From: a bacterium
GTDB lineage: Bacteria; UBA8248
Assembly (NCBI GenBank): GCA_965203325.1
Contig: OZ241875.1
Span: 1,760,001 to 1,824,000, forward strand
DNA length: 64,000 nt
Direction of reading: 5' to 3'
This document shows positions 48,374-59,500 of the stretch, one piece after another (within the stretch, counting starts at the first letter, position 1; every line of letters begins with the position of its first letter). A model generated the notes under the pieces. The model was not told where the DNA came from. It did not search any database and saw only the letters and a program-made list of their open reading frames with translations. A program made the translations under genes and the position numbers.

Positions 48374-49323
48374 TCATCCAGCCCCAGCAAGCGCGCCGCG
48401 TTCCCGCCCAGCCACTTTTCCATGACGGCCGGCTTCAGGGGAAGATTCCGCGCTTCTTCGAGGATTTCGCCCAAGGATATCGGCAGAAGCGGCCAATCGG
48501 TCCCGAACAGAATTTTATCCTGTATCGTGGAATTCCCGAAATGAAGGAGCATCTCCCAGCCCGAATGCGGCGTCGTGAAATACTTCCACCGGTGGCCCGA
48601 GGGGTCGATGTAGAGATTCGGGTGCCGCCAGGCGGCGGCGACCATCTCCGGCACCCAGGGCCAGCCGCCGTGGCCCGCGATTACCTTGAGATCGGGCATC
48701 TCGCCGCACAGGCGATCGAGAGCCAGGGGTCTGCCGAGCTCCATGGGGTGAGCGGGCGCCCAGTTCACCGACGTGTGGATCCATGCGGGCACGTCCAGCT
48801 CGACGCACTTTTGATATATGGGGCGGTACTCGGGCGCGTCGGCGGGCAGACGATGAAGAAAAGGAACGAGAAACGCCCCGTGCAGGCCGAGTTCGCGCAC
48901 GCCTTCTTCCAACGCGGCCGCCGCATCGTCCTTATTGGGGTCGACGCCCTGAAAGGCCAGAATCCGCTCAGGACAGGAATCCACCGCATGGGCGAGAACA
49001 TTCGGGTCGAGCGGCGAGACGCCGGTGGTGCTCTCCTGGTCGATGCTGAAGACGACCGCCTTGTCATAGCCTGCCGCATCCAGAAGCGCGATGAATTCTT
49101 CCAGGGGCCGCCCGAGACTCGCCGATACCTCATCGATGAAGCCGTGGATTTCCGCTCGCGTCGTCCCCACCGTCCTGCGGCGAAACTCCGCTTCGGTCAC
49201 GCCGCAAAAAGCGCTCAAGCCCTTCGCGAACATCTTCAGATAGCCGGGGATCGAGGCCCAGCCCGCCAGGCGGGCGCGGTAACACTCCGCGACGGGCAGG
49301 AAGCTGCAGATATCGACGATCAA
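48370..49323 (-). CDS. Amidohydrolase-2 family protein
   Basis: PIY..C.ELD.P..IH, P.LK.I.GHGG.PW, HPN.Y.D, ILFGTDWP. Confidence 0.85.
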   Translation of the reverse strand: MIVDICSFLPVAECYRARLAGWASIPGYLKMFAKGLSAFCGVTEAEFRRRTVGTTRAEIHGFIDEVSASLGRPLEEFIALLDAAGYDKAVVFSIDQESTTGVSPLDPNVLAHAVDSCPERILAFQGVDPNKDDAAAALEEGVRELGLHGAFLVPFLHRLPADAPEYRPIYQKCVELDVPAWIHTSVNWAPAHPMELGRPLALDRLCGEMPDLKVIAGHGGWPWVPEMVAAAWRHPNLYIDPSGHRWKYFTTPHSGWEMLLHFGNSTIQDKILFGTDWPLLPISLGEILEEARNLPLKPAVMEKWLGGNAARLLGLDE

Positions 49324-50318
49324 CGCGATCGCCCCCGGGCCTGCCCGGCAGATGGGTCCGGCCGGAAAATGGAGAAATCATTCTGGTTCAAGGTCAATCG
49401 CGCCGAATTCACGGACACCGCCAGGATGAAAACGAGGAAGATGGCGAAAAAAGTGGTCATTCGGGCGTTCCCGCCCCGTCTGAGCGCGCCGAGAAGCAAC
49501 TCGAACAAGGATACGGCGCAAACGGCGCCGATGATGAGGAGCGTCACGAAAGTCGAGCCGCCCGACGCCAGCATGCCGCCCAGGAAACCAGACCCCCGGA
49601 AGAAGAGCCATGCGCCCGCCAATCCCGTCTGGATCATCAGAAACCACAAGGAGAACTTCGCGCCGAGACGAACCCACCGCGCGCCGTTCGACACCGAAGC
49701 GGAACTCTCCCACCTGAAAGCCTGTCCCCCCAGAAACATGAGGAAGAGGCCGCCGGCCGAAAACGCCGAAAGATAAAAATGCGCGACGGGCCACCAAAAA
49801 GAGGAATACGCCCAAAAGCGCCGATTCCACCCCACTTCCAAATCAAGCAGGTGCGGATTCATGCAAGAAAGCGCGAATACCCAGACCACTCCGGCGCATA
49901 ACCCCATCAAGACGCCTGCTGGAACCATCATCAGGTGCGCGAACCGGTATTTCAGGCGCCGTTCCCAATCCCCCGAATGCGCAGAGGCGAGAACCATGAA
50001 AAGGAGCAACAAAAGCAGCAAGGCGCCCAACGGGCGAATCAACGCTATCACGGAGGTGAAAAAAACGGCCGGCTGGGTCGTGGACGCGAGCAAGGAGAGC
50101 GCCGCCCCGATGAGGAATACGGGAACGAGAGAAGCTAGGCACAGGCCCGAAAGGCGGCGGGCGAATTCCACGTCGGCGGCGTTGTTCTCCCGACGGCCCC
50201 AGAAAACGAGATGCGCGGAAAACCACGGAAGCGAGACGCTCACGCCGGCGCACAGCCATAAGACGGAGCCCAGCGCGACGATAAGCCACTCGCTCGATTC
50301 GGTCACCATCACGTTCAT
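49320..50318 (-). CDS. Polytopic membrane protein, paralogue-like partner of the neighbouring cytochrome c membrane protein
   Basis: About 8 TM helices; coupled (4-bp overlaps) to neighbours. Confidence 0.6.
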   Translation of the reverse strand: MNVMVTESSEWLIVALGSVLWLCAGVSVSLPWFSAHLVFWGRRENNAADVEFARRLSGLCLASLVPVFLIGAALSLLASTTQPAVFFTSVIALIRPLGALLLLLLLFMVLASAHSGDWERRLKYRFAHLMMVPAGVLMGLCAGVVWVFALSCMNPHLLDLEVGWNRRFWAYSSFWWPVAHFYLSAFSAGGLFLMFLGGQAFRWESSASVSNGARWVRLGAKFSLWFLMIQTGLAGAWLFFRGSGFLGGMLASGGSTFVTLLIIGAVCAVSLFELLLGALRRGGNARMTTFFAIFLVFILAVSVNSARLTLNQNDFSIFRPDPSAGQARGRSR

Positions 50319-51883
50319 GGCGAATTCTTCTCTTCTGTTTTTTCCGTGTCTGACGCAGCGGCAGGGGGGGCGGGAGAACCCAGGGGGTGATCCTCCTTCT
50401 CCGGCACATCCGCCTCTCGTGTTCTCCCGGGGGCCTGCGCCGCGCCGGGGGGCGGGAGAACAGGGACGGCGGCGCCCTTCTCCACCGCTTCCGGTTTGCC
50501 CGCCTCCGGGTTTTCAGAGCGTTTTTCCGCATCCCCGGTAGAGGGTTTCGAGACCATCGCCGGAGGAGCCGCCGGTTTCGATCCGACGGGCGGCGGCTCG
50601 GGGCGCGATGCGAGGGTCCGGCCCGATTTCGCGATCAGCGTTTCCAGATACGCCGCCAGGGCGCGGCGTTCTTCGGGCGTACCCGCCAAAAGAGGATACG
50701 GGGGGTGTTTGGCGCGCATTTCCCCGAGAAACAGAAGCGCGTCTCCTTTGAGCCTGAATCGGGGCAGCCGGGCCGGGTCTTGCGGCTTCACCCAATCCGC
50801 ATGGCAGGCCATACACTGCGCGTGGAAGCCGAACGCGCCGAGTTCGGTCTGCGCAGGCGCGGGCTCGCCCAGGTTCACGATGTTCCACAGGCCCGTTCGT
50901 TTGGAATCCTCGGCTTCATCGATGATGATTCCGTTGCCATACATATACCGGTGGATCTGGAAATTCCCCTTCGCTTCCACGTAGGTCCACCCGCATACCG
51001 CCGTTAGAAGAACAACCAGCGCCGAAGCCGCGCCCGCATGCAATCCATACCAACTGTCGGGTTCGCGGACGCCCCACCTGTATGCGATGCCCCCCAGGGC
51101 GGCCGTCGCCGCCACCGCGACCGCCACCAACCAGAACACCAGTTTCTGATTCGCGCTTTCCGGCAGACTGATTCCCCACCATAACCATCCGAGAACGCCG
51201 GCGGCGGCTCCCCCCACCATCCACCTGCCCAGTTCATGCGCCAGAGCGGCGCGCCATGCGCCGTCCTTCCGGGCCGCGGCGTAGAGCAGGCCGAAAGCGC
51301 CGAAGATCGACATCGCAACCGCCGTCCACGTCAAGAGCGCGGGGGGAAAGGCGGGATTCCAGAGAGCGTTCCAGAGGGTGGGCCTCGCCACCCACGCGCC
51401 CGTGTGCATCGTAAAAGCGCAGACCGAAACCAAAACGGCCGCCGCGCACCAAAAGCCGACCGCCGAGATGAGCCCCCACGCCGAATGAAGCCGGCTTTCA
51501 TGGCGGTCTCTCCCCCATGAGGTGATATATTGATGCGAACAACAAAGGCCCACCGCGAAGAGCAACAAACCGAACAGGGCGGGCGCCAGAAAAATCGAAT
51601 GGAGTTGCTCCATCATGCGGGGCCGCTGGGCCATCATGACGACCCAAAGGGCAAGGGCCAGGGGAAATGCCGCCCCCGCCGCAAGAGCCCGCGTCGTCTT
51701 CGCGCAAGATAGAGCCAAGCCGTCCCACCTGGGGTCCATGCTCTCCGAAGCGCGCGACCCGGCGATCAGGGTGAAAACCGAACCGCCGCAGACGCACGCG
51801 CCCGCCAGGGCGAAGAGAAAATAAAGCCCCGCCGCCAGAAAATGGTCGGAGAATGACAGCGCTTCCTGAAATGGAAATGGCAC
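50315..51883 (-). CDS. Polytopic membrane protein with C-terminal c-type heme (cytochrome bd subunit I-like scaffold)
   Basis: About 9 TM, 'FTMHTG.W.....W.A.WNP.F.P', 'F.I..YMYGNGI', CMACH heme motif, Pro/Glu-rich tail. Confidence 0.65.
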   Translation of the reverse strand: MPFPFQEALSFSDHFLAAGLYFLFALAGACVCGGSVFTLIAGSRASESMDPRWDGLALSCAKTTRALAAGAAFPLALALWVVMMAQRPRMMEQLHSIFLAPALFGLLLFAVGLCCSHQYITSWGRDRHESRLHSAWGLISAVGFWCAAAVLVSVCAFTMHTGAWVARPTLWNALWNPAFPPALLTWTAVAMSIFGAFGLLYAAARKDGAWRAALAHELGRWMVGGAAAGVLGWLWWGISLPESANQKLVFWLVAVAVAATAALGGIAYRWGVREPDSWYGLHAGAASALVVLLTAVCGWTYVEAKGNFQIHRYMYGNGIIIDEAEDSKRTGLWNIVNLGEPAPAQTELGAFGFHAQCMACHADWVKPQDPARLPRFRLKGDALLFLGEMRAKHPPYPLLAGTPEERRALAAYLETLIAKSGRTLASRPEPPPVGSKPAAPPAMVSKPSTGDAEKRSENPEAGKPEAVEKGAAVPVLPPPGAAQAPGRTREADVPEKEDHPLGSPAPPAAASDTEKTEEKNSP

Positions 51884-51953
51884 CGGAGTTACCTGCTCGA
51901 AATGATGAAAGACGCCCCGGAATCGAAACCGGAGAAACCGATCCCGCGAATAC

Positions 51954-53072
51954 TTACACCCTGACGACTTCGCGCGTCAGATACTTCTCCATCCTGTCCT
52001 CGTCCAGGGCGACGCCCAGCCCGGGGGCGTCGGATATCGTATGCCGCCCCGTGCTCATATCGACCGGAGAATCCACGACGTCGTCCAGCATCTTCTCGGG
52101 GCCGACGGACTCTATCGCCGCCAGGAAAGCGTTCGAAGTCGCCGCCACGTGAATCTCGCCCAGCGTGTAGGGCGACAACCCGAACCCGTGGCCGATGACC
52201 AGCTTCATGCCGGCGGCCTCCGCCGTGCCGACCATATCCCTGACGCGAAGGGGGCCGCCTTGCTTCATGATCTTGACCTTGACGATGTCGGCGGCCTCGG
52301 CCCGGATGATCTCCAGCAGACTCTCCGGCCCGAACACGCACTCATCCGCCATGACGGGTATGTTGATGGAGCGGCGCACGCGGGCGAGCCCCTCGATGTC
52401 GGTTCTGGGAACGGGCTGCTCGAAGTGCTGGATATCCGCCCCTTCCACCTCGCGCGCGAGGGCGATGGCGTCTTCCACGTTCCCGTAGGACTCGTTGGCG
52501 TCGATCCGTATCTCGAAATCATCTCCCGTCGATTCCCGCACGGCCAGCACCCGCGCCGCATCGGACGCCACGTCTCCCCCCGTCTTCACCTTGCAGGCCC
52601 GCCAGCCGCGCTCATAAAAACCCCGCGCTTCGCGCCCCGCCTCATCGGGCGCCTTGATGCCGATCCAGGCGTTGAAGCGCACCTCGCGTTTCACGGCGCC
52701 GCCGAGAAGTTCATAAAGCGGGACGCCCAGGTATTTCGCATGGAGGTCCGCCATGGCGAGCGACAAGGCGCCCTTTCCGCCGTCGAAGCCGTCGCAGGCC
52801 TCATCCATCTTCCGCGTAATCTCGCGCGACGCTCTCGGGTTCGCGCCGATGAGCGCGGGCGCGAGCTTGCGCTCCACCGCGTCCGCGATATCGTCGCGGC
52901 TCAAGCCCGAATACCCCGCCACGGGTTCGACGTCGCCGATGCCTGTGAAACCGTCGTCCGAGGTCACCCGAACGACGACCGAGGGCTGGACGTTGTGGTT
53001 GTGGTTCGCGTTCTTGAAAAAATCCCGCATCGGCATGTCGACGCGGAACACCTCGATGGATTCGACCTTCAC
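51954..53072 (-). CDS. Mandelate racemase / muconate-lactonizing enzyme (enolase superfamily)
   Basis: PLYELLGG, K.K motif, IDANE, EQP, ADE, K.K..K.GG, PGLG. Confidence 0.9.
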   Translation of the reverse strand: MKVESIEVFRVDMPMRDFFKNANHNHNVQPSVVVRVTSDDGFTGIGDVEPVAGYSGLSRDDIADAVERKLAPALIGANPRASREITRKMDEACDGFDGGKGALSLAMADLHAKYLGVPLYELLGGAVKREVRFNAWIGIKAPDEAGREARGFYERGWRACKVKTGGDVASDAARVLAVRESTGDDFEIRIDANESYGNVEDAIALAREVEGADIQHFEQPVPRTDIEGLARVRRSINIPVMADECVFGPESLLEIIRAEAADIVKVKIMKQGGPLRVRDMVGTAEAAGMKLVIGHGFGLSPYTLGEIHVAATSNAFLAAIESVGPEKMLDDVVDSPVDMSTGRHTISDAPGLGVALDEDRMEKYLTREVVRV

Positions 53073-53121
53073 GGCAATCCCCCTCTATTCATATAGAACA
53101 GATCGAAGCCCGGTGAAGCCC

Positions 53122-56100
53122 CTACCCCGCTCCCGCCACGGCCTCTCTTACGCGCTGTCTTAACACATCATCCACGGGGCGGGAAACATCGACGCCCGGA
53201 CGCAGAAAGGAAAACACGAGTTCGCTCGCTTCGAGACCCGTCGCCGCCTCCAGCCCCAAGACGTAGGCGGCCCCCTGGTTCTCATAAAACGTGGCCTTAT
53301 CCTCCGCTTCGCCCGCCGCGACGTTATCCGTCTTGAAATCCACGACCACGAGCTTGCCCTCTTCTTCGAACACCAGGTCGATGAATCCCCGGATCACCCT
53401 GCCCTCCAGTTCGAAGGTGAAGGGAAGCTCCCGCCGACGCTTCGATGCCGCCGCCGCGCGCGCCAGAATCCTCCCCGTCTCCATCGAGTCTCGAATCAAC
53501 TCCATGGCGTAATCGACATCTTCTTCTTTCAATTCCAGCGCGCTCGCGAACGCGACGCCCTCTTCCCGCAGACTCTCCAGACACTCGGCCGTCAGCGGCT
53601 CCAGCCGCGCGAGGATCGCATGAACCAGGTTCCCGAAATCCGTCCCGCCCGCATGAACCTCTCGCTCCTCCGGCGCATCTTCATCGTCAAGCGTCCGTGA
53701 GGCTACAGGCTCTTCCTCGTCGAATCCTTTCACGAGACCGCTGGGCGCCAGGGGCTTTCTCGTCTCAACCGGCTTCTTCAGCCGCTTCAGTTTCTCATCC
53801 AGGGCGGCGCGCCGGTCGAGGACGCCCGCCGAGCCCCCGTTCACCGGACGGAACACATCGTCTCTGATGCGAAGAATGGGTTCCGGCTCCCCGGGCTCTT
53901 CCGGCGAAACTTCCCGGCGGAAAGCCGACGCCGCCTGAATCACCTCGTCCATCACGTGATCCGTCTTCTGCTCGATTTCTTCTTTCTTTTTCCTGATCTC
54001 CTGCTCCATTGCCTTCTCGTCCAGACCCGCACCTCTCATCTTCTTTCTCATCTCGTCTTTCACCGCATCCTGCATGAACGAGCGAAAACCCGATTCCGGC
54101 CAGAGTAGACAGTCCCGCGCCCGCGTCGCGCCCACATACCAAAGACGTTTTGTTTCGGCCTCCCGGAACTCTTTTTCGCGCCCGAGCGCATCCGCATAGC
54201 CCAGCGTATCGAGCCGCCTGGAGCCTGAACCCAGATGCAGATCGACCGCTTCGCCTCCTTTTTCGTGGTTCCCAATCCACGCCTCCGAATGCTGTCCGCT
54301 TCCCCCCTCCAGATCGGCGAGGGCGACGACGGGGAATTCCAGCCCCTTGGCCTGGTGGACGCTCATGAAGCGAACCGCCTCGGCTCCCCGATCATCCAGA
54401 AACGCCTCCGGTTCATCGGCGTCGCGCCCACGCTCATATTCCGCCAGCAGGTGCGCGGCGAACGCATCCACGCCCCGCCTCCCGTTCCCGGCGAATTCAT
54501 GCGCCAAGTCCAGGAGCTTGTTCAGGTTGGCGACGCGCTGTTCTCCGTTTGATGACGCCAGGAACAACTCGAACGCCCGCGTGCGGCGGTATATCTCCTC
54601 CAGAAGGGCGCGCGCGCTCGAATCTCTCTTCATGCCGTGGAGACAGCGAATCTCGCAAACCGCCTCGCGCAATTCCTCGGGCGGGTCTTCTATTTCCTTT
54701 TCGGATGGGTCTTGCGTTTTCAGGAACCAGCGGGCGATATCCACATCCGAAAACCCGTACAAGGGAGAGCGCAGGGCGGCGGCAAGTGCTAACGGATCGC
54801 CAGGCCGCGCGACGGCGGATAATACCGAGACGACCGCGCCGACCTCGAACTTGTCGTAAAACCCGCGCCCGCCGTCGGTGACGAACGGAACGCCCGCAGC
54901 GCGAAAGGCGTCCTCGAATTGGGCGTAGCCCGTGCGTGCGCGGAACAGGACGGCGACGTCGCCGTAACCGACGGGGCGGCGCGCGTTCTTCTCTTTATCG
55001 TGAACCTCTACTTTCCTCTCCACCAGCTCGCGGATCGCGGCGGCGAGGCAGGCGGCCTCGGCTTTGCGCCTGTCTTCTTCTTTCACTTTGCCGCCGTCCT
55101 CGGGCTCATCCCCGTCTTGTTGCTTCTTGATAAGGAAAACGGCGAGACCTGCGGATTCGCGGTGCGCTTCCAGGGGGACATATTCGGGTTGAACCCCTGT
55201 TTCCGGGCGGATGACGCGCGAGAACGCCTCGTTCACGAAATCGACCACGCCGGGCGTGCTGCGGAAGTTCTCGGTGATATGCAGCACGCGGCCATCCGGG
55301 AGAGCCTCGATCCTCTCACTCACTTCGTGATAGATGGCGATGTCCGCCCGGCGGAAGCGGTAGACGGATTGTTTGGGATCGCCCACGAGAAACAGCCCGG
55401 CGGCCTCCAGCAGCACCTCGCGCCAGTCGGAGGCGTCCCCCTCACCCGCGAGCAGGAATATCAACTCGACTTGTAAGGGATCGGTATCCTGAAACTCATC
55501 GACCAGAAAATGCCGGATGCTCTCGCGGATTCTCCCCCGCACGGAAGCGTTCTCCCGAACGAGCTGCGCCGCCAGGAAGAGCATGTCCTGATAGGACAAC
55601 AGCCCCGCTTCGCGCATTTCCTCCTCGAAGGACTCGACGAAATCCCGGACGAGGGGAACCAGACCGGCGAGTGCGTCGTGGGCGAGCATCGAGGCGCCTT
55701 TCTCAACTTCCGCCCACAACAGATCGTGTGCCTCCCGGAATAAATCGAGATTTGCTTTCCCGGCTTCTTTGCCACCCCAATTCTTTTGTGAACCCACATT
55801 TTTGTTCAGCTTGAAGCCGGGACTCCATAACTCGCGTAGTAGTTCCGTTTGCGACAACCACGAAAGACCCTCCAGCCAGCCTCTCGCTTTTTCGAGTTGC
55901 TGAAACGCCTTGTCCGCTTTATCGCTGCAATAGCGCTCGCCCACCTCCGCCCAAGCCTCGAACGCCTCTGTTATGGATGCGCGGATTTCATCGGGAGACG
56001 CGCCCCCCGAGCGGGGGAAATGTTCCCTGAGTTCCGGCAGGACGAGCAGGGCGTCCCGGATTTTCTCCAGATCGGCGACCGAAAAACCAAGCTCCAGGAA

Positions 56101-56583
56101 ATCGCTCAACCGCTCATCGTCACCATCCAGTTCAATGGCCAGCCAGTCGCGCCAGGCCGCGTCGCGCCGCTCGTCATACTCGATTTCATCCACGTCTCCC
56201 AAGTCGGGCCGAAGCCGCGCTTCCACGGAGAAGCCCCGCAGGATATCGAGGGCGAAGCCGTGGATGGTGGAGATGCGCGCGGATTCGAGATTATCCAGCG
56301 CGTCCTGCAGTCGCGCTTTCGCCTCATCGTCGTCTTCTTCTTTTCCGACCGCCGAGAGAATTTCACTACGAATCCTGTCCTTGAGCTCCGCCGTCGCCTT
56401 TCGCGTGAAGGTGATGGCGGCTATCTCGTCGAGACGCGCGCCCTCGTTCCGAATCAGGTGCAGGATTCGCTCGACGAGCAGGGTCGTCTTGCCCGTGCCC
56501 GCGGCCGCTTCGACCAGAACAGGGCCGCGCGTCCAGGTCGCAGCCTCAACCCTTTGCTCCTGATCGCGGGGATTCGCGTTCAT
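53122..56583 (-). CDS. addA: AddA-type UvrD helicase/RecB-like nuclease
   Basis: EAAAGTGKT, TFT.KA, TIH.F, VDEFQDT, VGDPKQS.Y.FR, NFRS, H.AKGLEF, YV..TRA, G.IDL...VVDFKT. Confidence 0.9.
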   Translation of the reverse strand: MNANPRDQEQRVEAATWTRGPVLVEAAAGTGKTTLLVERILHLIRNEGARLDEIAAITFTRKATAELKDRIRSEILSAVGKEEDDDEAKARLQDALDNLESARISTIHGFALDILRGFSVEARLRPDLGDVDEIEYDERRDAAWRDWLAIELDGDDERLSDFLELGFSVADLEKIRDALLVLPELREHFPRSGGASPDEIRASITEAFEAWAEVGERYCSDKADKAFQQLEKARGWLEGLSWLSQTELLRELWSPGFKLNKNVGSQKNWGGKEAGKANLDLFREAHDLLWAEVEKGASMLAHDALAGLVPLVRDFVESFEEEMREAGLLSYQDMLFLAAQLVRENASVRGRIRESIRHFLVDEFQDTDPLQVELIFLLAGEGDASDWREVLLEAAGLFLVGDPKQSVYRFRRADIAIYHEVSERIEALPDGRVLHITENFRSTPGVVDFVNEAFSRVIRPETGVQPEYVPLEAHRESAGLAVFLIKKQQDGDEPEDGGKVKEEDRRKAEAACLAAAIRELVERKVEVHDKEKNARRPVGYGDVAVLFRARTGYAQFEDAFRAAGVPFVTDGGRGFYDKFEVGAVVSVLSAVARPGDPLALAAALRSPLYGFSDVDIARWFLKTQDPSEKEIEDPPEELREAVCEIRCLHGMKRDSSARALLEEIYRRTRAFELFLASSNGEQRVANLNKLLDLAHEFAGNGRRGVDAFAAHLLAEYERGRDADEPEAFLDDRGAEAVRFMSVHQAKGLEFPVVALADLEGGSGQHSEAWIGNHEKGGEAVDLHLGSGSRRLDTLGYADALGREKEFREAETKRLWYVGATRARDCLLWPESGFRSFMQDAVKDEMRKKMRGAGLDEKAMEQEIRKKKEEIEQKTDHVMDEVIQAASAFRREVSPEEPGEPEPILRIRDDVFRPVNGGSAGVLDRRAALDEKLKRLKKPVETRKPLAPSGLVKGFDEEEPVASRTLDDEDAPEEREVHAGGTDFGNLVHAILARLEPLTAECLESLREEGVAFASALELKEEDVDYAMELIRDSMETGRILARAAAASKRRRELPFTFELEGRVIRGFIDLVFEEEGKLVVVDFKTDNVAAGEAEDKATFYENQGAAYVLGLEAATGLEASELVFSFLRPGVDVSRPVDDVLRQRVREAVAGAG

Positions 56584-59500
56584 ACAGCCCTCTCCCGCAA
56601 GGCCAGAAGCTCGCTCATCCGCGAATCTCTCTCCTTTCGCGCCGCGCGCTCGGCCCTGTCGGGTCCGCAGAGCGTCTTGTAATCGCAATACCGGCACCCG
56701 GCATCCGAGGGCGTCGGGAAAAACCGTCCCGCTCCGGCCGAGGCGAGGAAATAGTCCAAAAGCGCATCCACGTCCGCCATGCGTTCCTCGACCTCCTCAC
56801 AGGTACGCACCCGTTCGACGACGCCCTCCTCCTCGGTGACGTAGACGTATGCGCCGCTCACCCGGGCGTCCTCCGGCAAGGCGCCGGGCCGCGCGCGCAG
56901 ACCCCTCGCGTAGAGATGAAGCTGCAGGATCGCGCCGCCGTCCAGGATTGTCCCCCTCGAAGGAATCGAACTCCTTCTTCCCACCGTCTTGAAATCGACG
57001 ACACGGTATTCCCCCGCATCGTTCCGCTCGAGCAGGTCCATCCGCCCGCTGAGGGAAAGCTCTCCCGCTTCCAGGGATATCCGCAAAGACTCGGAATCCC
57101 GGCCCCCGAACCTCTCTTCCACGCTCACCGGGAGCCGGCCCGATGCGTCCGCGCGCCTCAGCTCAAAATAGCCCACCAGGCGCCGGTAGAGCGCGTCTTC
57201 GAGTACCGCCCAGGGCAGCGCGGGCAGGGGCGGCGACTCGGCTGTTTCCTCCTCCTCGGCCATCGCCTCTCGGATCGCATCGCGGAGCCCGTCCTGCGCC
57301 GTCGATTCATCAAGCGAATGAAGCGGCCTGTTCGTCTCTTGAAGCCAGAGGTGGAAGAATTGGAGAATCCGGTGCGTCAATTGTCCCCTGAGCAAACCGT
57401 CCAGGGCGAAGGGAGGCGCCGGCTCCTCGCGCTTTTCCATGCGCGGGTGCAGGCGGTCGTTCACGAAGCGGTACGGGCAGCCGAAGAAAACCTCCACCGA
57501 GGTGACGCCGAGGGGCCAGACGGGCGTATGGACCTTCTCCCGGATGATCTTTTGCAAGTCGTGGTCCTGGAACATCCCGTCGTGCTCGGTCAAAACACTC
57601 GGCCGCCACCGCTCGCTCAAGGCGTCCCGCCTTCTGAGAAACCCCGGAAAATCGTTCATCCAGGAGAGGCCGCCCGCCTCGGGCCGGCCGATCTGCTCCG
57701 CCATCAGCGCCAGATCGTACTCGCGAAGGTGAGCGGGATTCCCGGCGATGGCCCCGGCGTCCAGCGTCGCGGCGGCGGTGCGGCTGCGCGAGCCCGCGAA
57801 AAGCCCCCACGCGCCGTCTGTCTCCTCCCCCAGCGCGTCGGCCAGATAATGGCAGAACATGCTCGGGAAAGACGCCGCATTATCCCCCAAACCATCCTCG
57901 GCGCTCGTCGCCGTGAGGATGAGGCGCTTGCGCGCCGATTGGAAAATCGTCCACAACTGAAACCGCGCTTCGCTCTCCCTGGATTTCTTGAGCGGAAGCG
58001 CCACCTCCCTATCCGGGAAGGTCTTCTGCGCGGCGCGGTTCAACGCCTCGCGGGCCGAATCGGGCAGGAGCGGGTCTTCGCTCCCTGCGGGCGGAAACAG
58101 GCCCTCGCCCATACCCGAGAGGGCGACGGCGTCGAAGGAAAGACCGCGCGCACTCTGGATGGAAGAGAGACTCGCCAGGTGACCGTCGTCCGGCTCGTTC
58201 CTGCTCAAAGTGGCCTTCTCGAAAAACCGTTCGCAAAGATCATGGAACCGCTTGCGATTCATCTCGCCGGTCATCTCATCCAATTCCGGCAGGGAGGAGA
58301 CCACTTTTTTCACATCTTCCTGATGAGCCAAACCGCTCGTCGTCTCAGAGAAAGCCGCCAGGGCAGACTCGGCGAAAGCCGAGGGCAGCCCCTCTTCGGG
58401 AATCTTCTCAAGCAGATCGAAAACATCACTCATCGCCATCGCGAAAGAATACGCGGCGGTATATTCCTCATCCCCTGTCCCCAACCTCACCAGGACGTCA
58501 TCGAGTTCTGAGAACCAGGCGTCCGCGCCTCTCAGATAGGGCAGGCTTCTCGAGAAGAACTCCCATTTGGACGCAAGGATGGGGTCATCGGCAATGTCTT
58601 CAAATTCGTATTGCCGCGCCAACTCCCGGAACATCTGCGAAGCCGTGAAGCCTCCCTCATCCAGAAAGCGCATCAACTCCGCGCGCGGGTAGCCGTCGAC
58701 GGCCATGCGAAGCATGAGGAGGAACAAGCGGGCGGCGGGCGCATCGGATAAGGTATTTCTCTCTTCCGCCCGGCCGGGAATCTCCAGGGTATGGAGCGTC
58801 TCCTCGAACAAATCCTGGTAGCCCTCCCGAGCGCTCATCAGGACGCATACTTCCTCATCGCTCTCAAAATCCTCTCGCGCCCGCAGTATTTCGCGGCATG
58901 CTTCCCAGACCTCCCGGCCTCTCGTGGGAGCTGCCACGACGCGCAGGGCGTCTTCCGCCACAGGCTCGGCCTGCGCCTTATCGCGCGAGAAGAGCACTTC
59001 CGCCAGACCGGTGAGCGGCCTCGGCGCAATCGGTCCGGCTTCTTCGCGCTGAAAATCCATCCCCTCGAACCAGTCGATTAAAGGCTGCGCGTGCGCGCAC
59101 GCGGGCGCGTCCGTTTGCGCGGGCACGAGTGCCTGGGAGTGGGCCTCGCGGCAGACGGCCGCCGTCAGCCTGCGCTGGAGCGCGTTCATCTCGGCGAAGC
59201 CGTAGAAGACGGTGGGAACGCGCGGCGGCGCGGCTTCCGCCCTCTCGCACGCCGCCAGAAAAAGCGAGGAACGGTCGTAGAATTCCCGCTCGCGCATCGA
59301 GATATGGAAACGCTCGGCCAGAAGCGCCAGATCGCGGAGGCGCGCCGCGTCGGGACCCGAAATCTTCCCGGAAAGTTCTCTCAGGGCTTCGGGCGAGAGG
59401 TTCGCCTCGGCGAGGTCGGTCAGCGTCGCGCAGAGGCTCTCGCCGTATCCTCTGGAGTCTGGGCGAAAAAAGACGAACTCCCCCCGCGCGCTTTCGAACG

